A stretch of DNA of 64,000 nucleotides from contig CAVOXA010000014.1 in the NCBI GenBank assembly GCA_963700285.1, positions 576,001 to 640,000 on the forward strand, in the 5' to 3' direction. Made by a program: the position numbers and the translations under genes. This DNA is from an uncultured Chloroflexia bacterium. Its GTDB lineage: Bacteria > Chloroflexota > Anaerolineae > JAAYZQ01. This document shows positions 41,112-51,743 of this stretch, piece after piece (within the stretch, counting starts at the first letter, position 1; each line of letters opens with the position of its first letter). The notes under the pieces are model-generated. The model was given only the letters and a program-made list of their open reading frames with translations, made no database searches and was not told where the DNA came from.

Positions 41112-43520
41112 ATGACCCAAACCACATCCCAGGCGCCGGAGGCTACAGCCCTTTGGTCCCCGGCCAGCAACCTCTCCCCCCGCGTCCAGCGGCTGCGAGA
41201 CCAGTACTGGGACTTTTACGAACGCGATTACACCAACGAGGTACGCGCCTACACCACCGGCACCTCCTGGGACCAGGTCTATGTCCCCTGGAACTGGACC
41301 AACGTCTCCGAGATGATGATCTTTTTCGCGGGAGCCAAGGCATACCTGCTGGCCGGCGCCAGCCCGATTTCGCTGCCGCCCGGCTTCTGGGACCTGCCGC
41401 TGGTGGTACGGCGGGCCGTCTTTTTCAAGCGCGTCGTGGAGGAGTACCTGCCGGTGCAGATCCTCGAGGGCGAGCTGGTTGTAGGCTCCCACTTTTCCAC
41501 CGCGCTCTCCCGCTCGCTGACCCGATCCGAGGCGCGCCAGTTCGCCAAGATGGAGAAGCGTTTCATAAAAGATGTCCAGCGGCTGGACAGGCTGGGCATC
41601 GGCAACTGCGGCGCCGTGCCCGGCCACCTGATCCCCGACTATGCCCGGGTGCTGCGGGAGGGTTGGCGGGCCATCAAGGCTGAGGCCGACGCCGCGGCCG
41701 GCGACCCGGGAGCAACAACCCAACGGCGGGAGCTGGCCCGGGCCATCTCTATCTGCGCCGATGGCGTGCGCGCCCTGGCCGAACGCTACGCCAGCCAAGC
41801 CGAGGCCTCGGCCAGGAACGAGGCTGACCCGCTCCGCCGGGCCGAGCTGGCCGAGACAGCGCGCATCTGCCGCAAGGTACCCTGGGAGCCCGCCGAGACC
41901 TTTCCCGAAGCCCTGCAAGCCCTGTGGTTGACTCACATGCTGGTCATGGTGGCCGAAGGCTACCCCGGTCCCGGCGTTTCCCCGGGCCGCATCGACCAGT
42001 ACCTCTACCCAACCTTCCGCGCCGGCCTGGACTCGGGCGAACTCACGCGGGAGCAGGCCAGAGAGTGGCTCCAGTGCCTGTGGATCAAGCACAACTATGC
42101 CTACGACTATCAGGGTTGGGTGGGCACCAACCAGGGGATCAACGCCTCTTTTGGCCAGCTCGTGACCTTGGGCGGCATCGATGAGCAGGGCGAGGACGCC
42201 AGCAACGAGTTGACCTTCCTGCTCCTGGAGGTCATCCAGGAGATGAACCTGTTGGAACCCAAGCCCAACGTGCGCCTCCACCAGAATACACCCGCGCCGC
42301 TTCTGGACCGGGTAGTGGACATGGTTGCCCAGGCCCAGGGCAGCCCATTCCTGCTCAACTTTGACGAAAAGTCAATGGCCGGGCTGCGCTGGCAGGGCCT
42401 GCCCGAGGCGGAGCTGTGGGACTATGCGCCCGTCGGCTGCCTGGAGAACACGCTGCAGGGCAACGACCGCTCGGGCACGGTCGACGTCAACCTGAACCTG
42501 GCCAAGGCCGTGGAACTGGCCCTGCACGATGGCCGGGACGCAGCCACCGGCGAGCAGGTTGGCCCGCGCACGGGCGATCCACGGACCTTTGCTACCTTTG
42601 AGCAGTTCCTCGCCGCGCTCAAGGCTCAACTGAGCGCCAGCATGGAGCTGCTGATCGCGGCCAACAATATCGCCGATAGGGGCCGGGCTCGATTCGAACC
42701 CACACCCTACCTGAGCGCGCTGGTAGACGGCTGCCTGGAGAACGGCCTGGACATCACCGCCGGCGGCGCCCGCCACAACTATCTGACCGTCGAAGGGGTG
42801 GCCCTGGCCACCACGGCCGACAGCGCCGCGGCCATCAAAAAGCTGGTCTTTGACGATGGGGCTGTGACCATGGACGAGCTGGTGCGCGCCCTGGACGCCA
42901 ACTTTGAGGGGCATGAAGCGCTGCGCCAGATGCTGCGCTACAAAGCACCCAAGTTTGGCAACGACGATGGCGATACCGACGCGCTGGCCTGCGACATCAG
43001 CCGCCTCTGGACGACAGAGGCGTTTGAGCACGTTGCGCCCGAGACCGGCAAGCGCTACCGGGGCGGCTATCTGTCCTGGAACTACTGGGTGGCCTACGCG
43101 CCCAAAACCGCGGCCACCCCGGACGGCCGCCTGCGCGGCCAGTTTTTGAGCAACGGCGTCTGTCCCGTGAACGGCGCTGACCGGCTGGGGCCCACGGCCG
43201 TGGTCAAGAGCGTGGGGCACCTGGGGCTGGAGACCGCGCCCAACGGCGGGTCGCACACCATGAGCTTCTCACCCAGCCTGCTACAGAGCCCGGAGAACCG
43301 GGGCAAGCTGGCGGCGCTGCTGCGGGCCTATGCCCACGTCGGCGGCACCTGCTTGCAGATCAACGTCGTCGACCCCGGCACCCTGCGGGCCGCGCAGCAA
43401 GATCCAGACGCCTATCGCAACCTGTTGGTGCGGATCACGGGCTATAACGCCTATTTTACGATGCTGGGCAAAGAGATCCAGGACGAGATCATTGCTCGCG
43501 AGAGCCACGGGCTGGGCTAA
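41112..43520 (+). CDS. Glycyl radical enzyme (PFL-like family, unknown substrate)
   Basis: SPGRIDQYLYP, PVGCLE (Cys loop) and LLVRITGY (Gly loop); GAGGAGG RBS; TTGCTT-17-TATACT promoter upstream. Confidence 0.92.
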   Translation: MTQTTSQAPEATALWSPASNLSPRVQRLRDQYWDFYERDYTNEVRAYTTGTSWDQVYVPWNWTNVSEMMIFFAGAKAYLLAGASPISLPPGFWDLPLVVRRAVFFKRVVEEYLPVQILEGELVVGSHFSTALSRSLTRSEARQFAKMEKRFIKDVQRLDRLGIGNCGAVPGHLIPDYARVLREGWRAIKAEADAAAGDPGATTQRRELARAISICADGVRALAERYASQAEASARNEADPLRRAELAETARICRKVPWEPAETFPEALQALWLTHMLVMVAEGYPGPGVSPGRIDQYLYPTFRAGLDSGELTREQAREWLQCLWIKHNYAYDYQGWVGTNQGINASFGQLVTLGGIDEQGEDASNELTFLLLEVIQEMNLLEPKPNVRLHQNTPAPLLDRVVDMVAQAQGSPFLLNFDEKSMAGLRWQGLPEAELWDYAPVGCLENTLQGNDRSGTVDVNLNLAKAVELALHDGRDAATGEQVGPRTGDPRTFATFEQFLAALKAQLSASMELLIAANNIADRGRARFEPTPYLSALVDGCLENGLDITAGGARHNYLTVEGVALATTADSAAAIKKLVFDDGAVTMDELVRALDANFEGHEALRQMLRYKAPKFGNDDGDTDALACDISRLWTTEAFEHVAPETGKRYRGGYLSWNYWVAYAPKTAATPDGRLRGQFLSNGVCPVNGADRLGPTAVVKSVGHLGLETAPNGGSHTMSFSPSLLQSPENRGKLAALLRAYAHVGGTCLQINVVDPGTLRAAQQDPDAYRNLLVRITGYNAYFTMLGKEIQDEIIARESHGLG

Positions 43521-43616
43521 ACCTCCCGCAGGCTTCACGCGGGAGGCAAGGTGGACGCGTCCAACGATCTTGATGGGCGTCGGGGGCCAGACTCGGCAGC
43601 AAGCCTGCGGGAGGTT
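43520..43616. repeat. Perfect 16-bp inverted repeat (REP-like)
   Basis: AACCTCCCGCAGGCTT (43520-43535) / AAGCCTGCGGGAGGTT (43601-43616). Confidence 0.75.
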
Positions 43617-43625
43617 GGGCTGGAG

Positions 43626-44960
43626 ATGACACAGCAACTGCACGCCGATGTCATTGTCGTCGGGGCCGGAACCACCGGCGCCTATTTCGCCTGGCGCCTG
43701 GGCCAGGCCGGCTTCCTCACCGTTGTCCTGGAGAAGAAGCGGCTCCTGGATCTGGGCCAGGACATTGACATCTTTCATATGGACGAGGTCCGCTTTGAGC
43801 AGTTTGGCCTGGCCCCGCCCAAAGGCGACGAGCTTTTGGGCCACCATCCTACCGGCCTGGCCTGGTCGCCCGACCTTCAGGTGCGCAACGAGGTCCCCTA
43901 CCCCTTTTATGTCATGTCCAAGCCCGCCTTCCACCGGCGCTTGCTGCGCAACGCGATCGAGGCCCGGGCCGAGATCCTGGAGGAGGTGACCGTCGTCGAG
44001 CCCATCATCGAGGAGGGTACCCTCACCGGCGTGCGGGCTGAGGCCGGTGGCGAAGCGCTGGAGGCCCGGGGCCGCATCGTGGTCGACGCTTCGGGCATCG
44101 ACGGCGTCGTGCGCACGCGGCTGCCGGAGGGCTTTGGCCTTGAGACCGATGCCATCTCTGACGATGACACGCTGTTCGTCTGCCTGGAATTCCGCGATGA
44201 CCTGGGCGAGGGATTTCCAAAAGGGCTCAATTTCTACCCCTATCACAAGGCATTCTGGAACCCCAGCCGGGGAACGGGCTCGATCCTGGGCATTGGGCAG
44301 CCGGGCAGCTACGACTATGCCTGGCAGAAACATGCCGAATGGCGGGAGGCCTACTTTGGCGATCCCGGCCGCGTGGTCAAGCGCACCCAGGGCCGCACAC
44401 CCTACCGCCGCTCCCCCTACTCGCTGGTGGGCGATGGCTTCATGGTCATGGGCGACGCCGCCTTCCAGACCAAGCCCTTTTCGGGGGAAGGCGTCACCTC
44501 CTCCTTCACTGCCTGCCAGATCGCGGCCGAGGTGGCGGCCGAAGCCCTTAGACGCAACGACGTAAGCCGCCGTGCCCTGTGGCCCTACAACGTCCGCTAC
44601 TTTCGCGACCAGGGGGCCAAGTTCGCCTCCCTGTTTGTCCAACTGCCGGCCGCCGCAGAGCTGTCGCGGCGCGAGGTGGACTACCTCTTTCAAAAGGACC
44701 TCATCTTCAGCAGCGAGGACTTTTTCCAGATGAATCTCAATTATGAGACCGAGATGAGCCTGGGCAAGACCCTGTCCATGGGCTCAAAGCTGCTGTGGGG
44801 CGTGCTGACCGGTCGATTCTCCTCGGCCAGCTTCAAGCGGTTGCTGGCCGTGTCCTCCACTGCTGACAAGATCAAATCCCTCTACCGGGAATATCCCGAG
44901 TCTCCGGATCAGTTTGAGCCGTGGCTGGCGCAGGTCAAGCCACTGTGGGGCGAGGCATAA
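43626..44960 (+). CDS. FAD-dependent oxidoreductase, geranylgeranyl reductase-like
   Basis: DVIVVGAGTTG, VVDASG and MGDAAFQTKPFSGEG motifs. Confidence 0.85.
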   Translation: MTQQLHADVIVVGAGTTGAYFAWRLGQAGFLTVVLEKKRLLDLGQDIDIFHMDEVRFEQFGLAPPKGDELLGHHPTGLAWSPDLQVRNEVPYPFYVMSKPAFHRRLLRNAIEARAEILEEVTVVEPIIEEGTLTGVRAEAGGEALEARGRIVVDASGIDGVVRTRLPEGFGLETDAISDDDTLFVCLEFRDDLGEGFPKGLNFYPYHKAFWNPSRGTGSILGIGQPGSYDYAWQKHAEWREAYFGDPGRVVKRTQGRTPYRRSPYSLVGDGFMVMGDAAFQTKPFSGEGVTSSFTACQIAAEVAAEALRRNDVSRRALWPYNVRYFRDQGAKFASLFVQLPAAAELSRREVDYLFQKDLIFSSEDFFQMNLNYETEMSLGKTLSMGSKLLWGVLTGRFSSASFKRLLAVSSTADKIKSLYREYPESPDQFEPWLAQVKPLWGEA

Positions 44961-45757
44961 TGGCCGCGTCCCTTGCTGACGAACCCATCCTGACTCCGCA
45001 GCACACATTGGCCCTGAGAGGCGTAGATGTGACGACGGTCCGCTTTGACCTGGCCGTGTTTTGCTTCCGCGGCCCGCTTGCGAGCAGGCTGGTGATCGAG
45101 GCTCTGGGGGCAGGCAAAGCGGAATGGCCCCTGCTATACGGTATTCCATGTCATAGCGCTACCATTGACGGTTTGCGTGTGGCCGTCCTGCCCCAAGTGA
45201 TCTATGGCGGGCCTGTGACGGCCATCTTGCTCGAAGAGCTGGCCTGCCTGGGGGTCAAGACAGCCATCGGCGTTGGTGCGGCCGGCTCGCTGATTAGCGA
45301 CGCCCACGTGGGCCAGGTTTTCATCGCCGAGAGGGCGGCCGTCCAGGACGGAACGTCGCGCGAGTATTCGCGCTCGAACAGCCACGAAGCGTGGGCGAAT
45401 CCCAATCCTCAGCTTCTGGCGTTGACCCAGGCGCTGGCAGCCAGGGAGAATGCGATTCCACTCCCGGGCGCAGTCTGGACCACCGACGCCCTCTACCAGG
45501 AACGCCCATCCAGCGTGGCGTGCTGGCAGCAAGCGGGCGCGGATCTCGTGAATCTCGAGTGCGGCCCCTTCTACGCCGTCGCCAGGGCGGTAGGTATCCG
45601 TGCCGTGTACCTGGGTCTGGTCACCGACCATGTGTCGGCGGAACGGGGCTGGCAGGCCAAACACTGGGGCCGGAAAAGTGCCGCCGACCCGCTGATTATG
45701 CGTGTCGTGTGTGGCATTGCGGACGCCATGGCAAGAGAGGAACACTCACATGTGTGA
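44960..45757 (+). CDS. Nucleoside phosphorylase family protein
   Basis: LEELACLG..GAAGS, DGTS and WTTDALYQE motifs; VNLEC. Confidence 0.8.
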   Translation: MAASLADEPILTPQHTLALRGVDVTTVRFDLAVFCFRGPLASRLVIEALGAGKAEWPLLYGIPCHSATIDGLRVAVLPQVIYGGPVTAILLEELACLGVKTAIGVGAAGSLISDAHVGQVFIAERAAVQDGTSREYSRSNSHEAWANPNPQLLALTQALAARENAIPLPGAVWTTDALYQERPSSVACWQQAGADLVNLECGPFYAVARAVGIRAVYLGLVTDHVSAERGWQAKHWGRKSAADPLIMRVVCGIADAMAREEHSHV

Positions 45758-47123
45758 CACCCTGGTCGCGGTTGGCGAGGCCACGGCAGACGGCAGCGTC
45801 ATCCTGGCCAAGAACAGCGACCGGCAGCCCAACGAAGCCCACCTGCTGGCCCACGTCCCCCGCGCCCAACACGCGCCCGGGTCAAGGGTCCAGTGCACCT
45901 ACATTGAGGTACCCCAAGTTGGCGAGACCTTTGAGGTGCTGCTGTCCAAGCCCTTCTGGATCTGGGGCTGCGAGATGGGGGCCAACGAGTACGGTGTGGC
46001 CATTGGCAATGAGGCTGTGTTCACCAGGGAGCCCTACGACAAGGGGCCCGGCCTGATCGGCATGGACTTTATCCGGCTGGCGCTGGAGCGGTCCGCTACG
46101 GCACGCCAGGCGCTGGACGTTATTGTCAATCTCCTGGCCGAACACGGCCAGGGCGGCAACTGCGGCTTCCACCACAAAGAATTCTATCACAACTCGTTCA
46201 TCCTCGCCGACCCAGGCGAAGCCTGGGTACTGGAGACAGCGGGCAAGTTCTGGGCCGCCGAACAGGTGCGCGACGTGCGCGCTATTTCCAATGGCCTGAC
46301 CATTGGCGCAGAGTGGGATCTGGCCTCGCCAGGGCTGGTGGCGCATGCCATCGAGAAGGGCTGGTGCCGGTCCCGGGATGACTTTCATTTCGCCCGCTGC
46401 TACTCCGACCTGGTGATGACACGGTTCAGCGCTTGCCGGACTCGCCAGTGCCGGTCAACAGAGTTGCTGGAAGCGGAAAGAGGCCGCATCTCTGTGGGTA
46501 CGATGATGGCCACCCTGCGCGACCACGGGCCCCAGGCGGAGCAGGATCCGGCGTGGAACCCAGGCCGGGGCTGGTTGATGGACACGATCTGCGTGCATGC
46601 CGGGTTTGGCCCGACGCGCCCCGGCCAGTCTACAGGAGCGATGGTCGCCCATTTGAAGCCTGACCTGCCGGCCACCTGGTTGACCGGAACCTCGGGCACC
46701 TGTACCGGTATCTTTAAGCCGGTGTACCTGGGTGGCAGCGGGCTGCCAGATCTCGGGCCTGAGCCTGAGGGCACCTTCGATACCGGCTCGCTGTGGTGGA
46801 GCCACGAGCGGCTGCACCGGGCGGTCATCCGTGACTATGCGGCGCGGCTAGCCCTCTACCGGGAGAGCAGGGACTCTTTGGAAGCTGCGTTCCTGTCCGA
46901 AGCGGCAGAGATGTACCTGCGGCACCATGGGCAGAGCGCGGGGGAACGCGTAGAGGCTCTGAGTGCATTCACCGCTGGCTGCTTTCACAGAGCCGCTGGG
47001 GCCACTGCCCACTGGGCTGAGGCTGTGTTGTCGAAACCGGTCCAACACCGGCCACCAATCCTGTTCGCCACGTCCTGGGACAGGTTCAACAGGCAGGCGG
47101 ATTTCGCCGAGGGCCTACGTTGA
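45750..47123 (+). CDS. Peptidase C69/secernin-like Ntn-hydrolase
   Basis: N-terminal MCDT, AKNSDRQPNE and EMGANEYGVAIGNEAV motifs. Confidence 0.88.
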   Translation: MCDTLVAVGEATADGSVILAKNSDRQPNEAHLLAHVPRAQHAPGSRVQCTYIEVPQVGETFEVLLSKPFWIWGCEMGANEYGVAIGNEAVFTREPYDKGPGLIGMDFIRLALERSATARQALDVIVNLLAEHGQGGNCGFHHKEFYHNSFILADPGEAWVLETAGKFWAAEQVRDVRAISNGLTIGAEWDLASPGLVAHAIEKGWCRSRDDFHFARCYSDLVMTRFSACRTRQCRSTELLEAERGRISVGTMMATLRDHGPQAEQDPAWNPGRGWLMDTICVHAGFGPTRPGQSTGAMVAHLKPDLPATWLTGTSGTCTGIFKPVYLGGSGLPDLGPEPEGTFDTGSLWWSHERLHRAVIRDYAARLALYRESRDSLEAAFLSEAAEMYLRHHGQSAGERVEALSAFTAGCFHRAAGATAHWAEAVLSKPVQHRPPILFATSWDRFNRQADFAEGLR

Positions 47124-47155
47124 TGCTTGACTCTTGAAGGGTTAGGGAGAACAGA

Positions 47156-48100
47156 TTGACCGAGATGACTCTGACAGGCACCACCTTCAACATCCAGCGG
47201 TTCAGCACCGAGGACGGCCCTGGCATCCGGACCACGGTCTTTTTCAAGGGCTGCCCGCTGCGCTGCGCCTGGTGCCACAACCCCGAGGGGATCTCACCCC
47301 GGCCGGAGTTGATGTGGTACGATGTGCGCTGCATTGCCGCCCGCGACTGCCTGAGCGTCTGCCCGGTGGATGCCCTGGATCTGACGCCGCAGGGCATGCG
47401 CATCGACCGCCAGCGCTGTGATGCCTGCGGCGCCTGCACCGACGCCTGTCCCGCCGCCGCCCTGGAGGTGATTGGCCAGAAGTGGACGCCTCATGAGCTT
47501 TTTTCCGAGGTGATAAAGGACCGGATCTTTTTCGAAACCTCCGGCGGTGGCGTGACCCTCTCCGGCGGCGAGCCGATGATGCAGGCTGATTATCTCCTGG
47601 AACTGCTGCCACTGCTCCGCGAGGCCGAACTCCATGTGGCGCTGGACACTTGTGGCGCGGCGGCCTGGCCCCGCTACGAGGGGATCCTGCCCTCGCTTGA
47701 CCTAGTCCTCTACGATCTCAAGTTCTTTGACCCGCGCAGCCACCTGGTCGCCACCGGCTTTGACAACGGCGCCATTCTGGACAACGCCCGCCGCATCGCC
47801 GCCGCAGGCATGCCCCTTTGGATCCGCACGCCCGTGATCCCGGGCTACACCGCCGATCCGGCCAATATTTCAGCCCTTGCCGACTTTATCAAGGCCGAAC
47901 TCCCTACCGTCGAGCGCTGGGACCTGCTGGCCTACACCAACCTGGGCGGACCCAAGTACCAGCGCCTGGACCTTGCCTATGCACTGGAGGGCATTCCGCT
48001 CCTGACACGCAACGAGATGGAGGCGCTGCACGCCGTGGCGGTCCAGCGCGTGCCCGTGGCCGTGTGGTCCGGCGCGACCCAGCAGGAATCGCTGAGCTGA
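47156..48100 (+). CDS. Glycyl-radical activating enzyme (radical SAM with ferredoxin insert)
   Basis: DGPGIRTTVFFKGCPLRCAWCHNPE, CDACGAC and GGVTLSGGEP motifs. Confidence 0.93.
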   Translation: MTEMTLTGTTFNIQRFSTEDGPGIRTTVFFKGCPLRCAWCHNPEGISPRPELMWYDVRCIAARDCLSVCPVDALDLTPQGMRIDRQRCDACGACTDACPAAALEVIGQKWTPHELFSEVIKDRIFFETSGGGVTLSGGEPMMQADYLLELLPLLREAELHVALDTCGAAAWPRYEGILPSLDLVLYDLKFFDPRSHLVATGFDNGAILDNARRIAAAGMPLWIRTPVIPGYTADPANISALADFIKAELPTVERWDLLAYTNLGGPKYQRLDLAYALEGIPLLTRNEMEALHAVAVQRVPVAVWSGATQQESLS

Positions 48101-48114
48101 AGGGAAGGAGTATC

Positions 48115-49086
48115 GTGAGCCTGAATCAGGCCGGACTACAACTGCTCGAGGCATTCGAACGGGGTCTGGACCCAAGGTACCCGGAGCGCAGCCAGATACC
48201 GGCCCACGTCCTGGGCTATGGCGAAATCAGCACCGTCTTTGCCATCCAGGCGGAGGGTCTAGAAGGTCTGGCCTTCAAACGCTTGCCCCTGTTCCAGGAT
48301 GCGGCAGAGGTGGAACGGTATCGCGCTGCTTATGACGAGTACAACCGCCTGCTCCAAACGGAGATTGGCCTGAGCCTGCCGGCTCACAGTTGCGTGGAGC
48401 TGGAGCATGGTGATCGCCCCATCTTGTACATCATCCAGCAGCAACTGCCCTCAGCCAGCATCGGACACCACGCGCTGCACGTGCTTCCCCGCGACATGGT
48501 GCGCTTTCTGGTCCGGCGCGCCCTCCAGGAGATGCGCCTGGTTTGGGACTTTAACCAGCGCCAGCAACGCCTGCAGGTGGCCCTTGACGGCCAGATCTCG
48601 AACTGGTCCATCCAGGGCTTTGATCCCCAGAACCCGCAGGTGGCCCTGGACACGAGGCTGGCCTACCTGGACACAAGCACGCCCCTCTTTCGCGTCGATG
48701 GGGTGGAACAACTGGATCCGGAGTTGTTTCTGAGGAGCGCGCCATCTTTCCTGGCCTGGATCCTGCGCCTCTTCTTTGTGGAAGATGTGGTGAACCGCTA
48801 CTATGATTTTCACCGGGTGGCGGTGGACCTCGTGGCCAATTTCTACAAGGAACAGCGACCGGAACTGGTCCCCGATATCATCATCGAGGTCAACGATTTC
48901 TTTGCGGGGGAAGCCGCCGCACTGGAGCTCGAGCCCCTCACCGAGGAGGAGGTCCATTCCTACTATCGTGAGGATGCCCTGATCTGGAGGCTGTACCTGG
49001 CCATGCGCCGCATCGACCGTGCCCTCCGCACACGGATCTTGGGAAAAGAGTATCCCTATATCCTGCCCGGACAGATCGCGAGATAG
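48115..49086 (+). CDS. Uncharacterised protein with kinase-like motifs (DUF6206-like)
   Basis: LGYGEISTV, AFKR, DGQISNW and YLDTSTP resemble the Gly-loop, Lys, catalytic-loop and Mg-binding motifs of the protein kinase-like fold. Confidence 0.65.
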   Translation: MSLNQAGLQLLEAFERGLDPRYPERSQIPAHVLGYGEISTVFAIQAEGLEGLAFKRLPLFQDAAEVERYRAAYDEYNRLLQTEIGLSLPAHSCVELEHGDRPILYIIQQQLPSASIGHHALHVLPRDMVRFLVRRALQEMRLVWDFNQRQQRLQVALDGQISNWSIQGFDPQNPQVALDTRLAYLDTSTPLFRVDGVEQLDPELFLRSAPSFLAWILRLFFVEDVVNRYYDFHRVAVDLVANFYKEQRPELVPDIIIEVNDFFAGEAAALELEPLTEEEVHSYYREDALIWRLYLAMRRIDRALRTRILGKEYPYILPGQIAR

Positions 49087-49106
49087 CAGCAGTGGGAGGC
49101 AACCGC

Positions 49107-49922
49107 ATGTCCCTGTTAGCGAACGAACCCGGCCTGCTTGAGGCCCTCAGCCATGAAATGACGCCCAAGTTTCTGGCCACCCGTTCCGCCAGCGGCGTGC
49201 CAAACATCGTACCCTGTACTTCCATCATGCCAGCCGGGGACACCGAGGACCGGCTGATCCTCGGCAATTTCCTCCTGCACAAGTCGGTGGACAACCTGGA
49301 CGCCGACCCGCGGGTGGGCATCCTGGTCATGACCACTGATCTTCAAGGCTGGGTGCTGCAGGGGAACTTTCAGGGCTGGCAGCGGGCGGGTGACTATGTG
49401 GATCGCCTCAACAACACTGAACTGCTGCGCTACAACGCTTATACCGGCATCCGCAACGCTGGCATCATCCAGGCGGGAGCGGTGCTGCGGCGCTTTCAGA
49501 TCTCCAAGCCGCGGGTCCTGGCCGACTATTTGTTGGCTCGTGCATCGCGCGTCCCGGCGGCGCTCGAAGGGGCCACGGCCATGCCCCTGCCGGTGCGAGA
49601 GCGATTTAGCCCCATGACCGCCGTGAGGGCGCTGGCCTTTCTGGATAGCCAGGGGTACCCGCTGGTCGCTCCCGTGCTTTCTCTCCAGCCGGCCGGGGAG
49701 AGCGCCCTGGTTTGTGCGCAAGGCCAATTTTCTGACCTCCTGGCCCCACTGGCACCGGGCGACCCCGTAGCCGCCTCCCTGCTGACGCTCGACGTCGTCT
49801 CTTTCCAGGCCAAGGGCCGATGGTTGGGGGAACACTACCTGCTCGGAGCCCGGCTGGGGGCCATGTCTGTGCAGGCCGTCTATGCCGGAGGGCCACCCAT
49901 CCCCGGCCGGCAGGTAGCCTGA
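49107..49922 (+). CDS. Pyridoxamine 5'-phosphate oxidase-like FMN-binding split-barrel protein (two repeats)
   Basis: KFLATRSASGVPNIVP..KSVDNLDADPRVGIL and a second AFLDSQGYP..SFQAKG unit. Confidence 0.7.
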   Translation: MSLLANEPGLLEALSHEMTPKFLATRSASGVPNIVPCTSIMPAGDTEDRLILGNFLLHKSVDNLDADPRVGILVMTTDLQGWVLQGNFQGWQRAGDYVDRLNNTELLRYNAYTGIRNAGIIQAGAVLRRFQISKPRVLADYLLARASRVPAALEGATAMPLPVRERFSPMTAVRALAFLDSQGYPLVAPVLSLQPAGESALVCAQGQFSDLLAPLAPGDPVAASLLTLDVVSFQAKGRWLGEHYLLGARLGAMSVQAVYAGGPPIPGRQVA

Positions 49923-50071
49923 ATGCAGACACGCCGTTCTTGGCCGGTGGGGCTTGCTTTGACCCGAGGGGCGCCTGGCCGTGAAAGGATTGGTAGACCG
50001 TTCACGGGCATTCAACGGGTGGAGGGAACTGTACGTAACCGCGTAGCACAGCATGCAGGAGGAAGCGCATC

Positions 50072-50563
50072 ATGAAAAGAGAACCCGGTCTTTCTACTTT
50101 TTCCATCGTCGGCCACGATCCAGGGGCCCAGGAGTGGGGTATCGCCGTCCAGTCCAAGTTCCTGGCCGTAGGAGCCGTGGTCCCCTGGGCGCGCGCCGGG
50201 GTTGGAGCCGTGGCCACCCAATCCTACGCCAACACCGCTTTTGGTCCAGAAGGCCTGGCCCTGATGGCCCGTGGGCTGACGGCTGAAGAAACGCTCGGTC
50301 AACTCGTCGCCGGGGATGAGCTGAGCCGGTGCACGCCAGAAATCCTGACACCCGAATCAGTCCGCCGCATCGTCACGCTCTGCGCGACCCATCCTCACTG
50401 GAAGCGGGAAGAAGTGTATCAACACCTGCAAGGCCAGAACGTGAGTGTTAGTCGGCGTCAAGCGCGCCAGGCCATGGAACGAGGTGCACCTCCTCGCTGG
50501 ACAAGCCTACGCCTGGGGATACAGCACCTAGCGGCGAGTGGGCCAGGCGCTGCAGGTCAGTGA
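50072..50563 (+). pseudogene. Truncated DUF1028 (Ntn-hydrolase) gene fused to an unrelated, possibly transposase-derived fragment
   Basis: [30 protein letters not shown] ends at about 50320; the rest is HTH-like ([18 protein letters not shown]). Confidence 0.7.
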
Positions 50564-50833
50564 AATGACCATCTACCCTCTACAACTGGCTGGGTACGAC
50601 CTAAGCCGCATGCCGATGACCTGGTTGTGTCGGGGATACAGCCTGGAACGGCCGATGAAACTGGACGGCGCAGATGTCCCCAGCCTGTGACGGTTCCCAA
50701 AAGGTCACTTTGCAGACGCCAGAGGCTGTGGTATAATGCCCCCCGTACCGGTGGCCCAGTTTTCCGCCGGCCAGGGTTCGCAGCTGCACAGGTTTGCATC
50801 AAAACCCGCATCAATCATAGGAGGAGAACGTCG

Positions 50834-51652
50834 ATGCTAGCAGAATGGTTCCTAAACCTCGATCCCATCATTCAGGCCCTGTTGGCAACCTGCTTCACCT
50901 GGTTCGTGACCGCTCTGGGTGCAGCGTTGGTATTCTTTTTCAAGACCATCAACCGCCGTGTCCTTGACGGCATGCTGGGCTTTGCCGCCGGGGTCATGAT
51001 CGCTGCCAGTTTCTGGTCGCTTCTGGCGCCTGCCATTGCCATGGCCGAGGAATCAAGCAGCCTCCCGGCCTGGGTTCCGGCGACCGCAGGTTTTTTGCTG
51101 GGCGGTGTCTTTCTCTGGGTTACGGACAAGGTGCTACCTCACATCCACGCCGGCTATCCTGACGAATCTGCTGAGGGTGTCAAGACAAGTTGGGAACGCA
51201 GCATCCTGCTGGTATTGGCCATTACCCTGCACAACATCCCCGAAGGTCTGGCCGTCGGCGTCGCTTTTGGGGCTGCGGCCGCGGGCTTTCCTGCTGCGAC
51301 GGTCGGCGCCGCTATCGCCCTGGCCGTGGGCATCGGCATCCAAAACTTCCCCGAGGGCGCCGCAGTCTCGGTCCCCCTCCGCCGGGAAGGCATATCGCGT
51401 CTGAAAGCTTTCGGATACGGCCAGGCGTCCGGGATGGTTGAGCCCATAGCCGGTGTGCTGGGTGCGGCAGCCGTGCTCCTTATCAGGCCCATCCTGCCCT
51501 ATGCCCTGGCTTTCGCCGCTGGGGCCATGATCTACGTTGTGGTCGAGGAGCTGATCCCCGAGGCCCAATTGGAGAGCATCAGCGACGTGGCGACGATCGG
51601 CGCCATGCTGGGCTTTGCCGTGATGATGACCTTGGACGTGGCTTTGGGCTAG
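50834..51652 (+). CDS. ZIP family (GufA-like) metal transporter
   Basis: [16 protein letters not shown] and ELIPE motifs; AGGAGGAG RBS. Confidence 0.93.
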   Translation: MLAEWFLNLDPIIQALLATCFTWFVTALGAALVFFFKTINRRVLDGMLGFAAGVMIAASFWSLLAPAIAMAEESSSLPAWVPATAGFLLGGVFLWVTDKVLPHIHAGYPDESAEGVKTSWERSILLVLAITLHNIPEGLAVGVAFGAAAAGFPAATVGAAIALAVGIGIQNFPEGAAVSVPLRREGISRLKAFGYGQASGMVEPIAGVLGAAAVLLIRPILPYALAFAAGAMIYVVVEELIPEAQLESISDVATIGAMLGFAVMMTLDVALG

Positions 51653-51743
51653 GCAAGCGCGTCGCGCGCCAGACACGCGAGAACACGTTGGCGTCACCAT
51701 AAGCCGATGGCAACATGGCGACGCCTCGTCTGTCTCTGGAGGA

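Noticed and set aside
50560-50830. Metal-sensing riboswitch upstream of the ZIP transporter
   Set aside because: No yybP-ykoY or NiCo consensus recognised; only a promoter-like TATAAT
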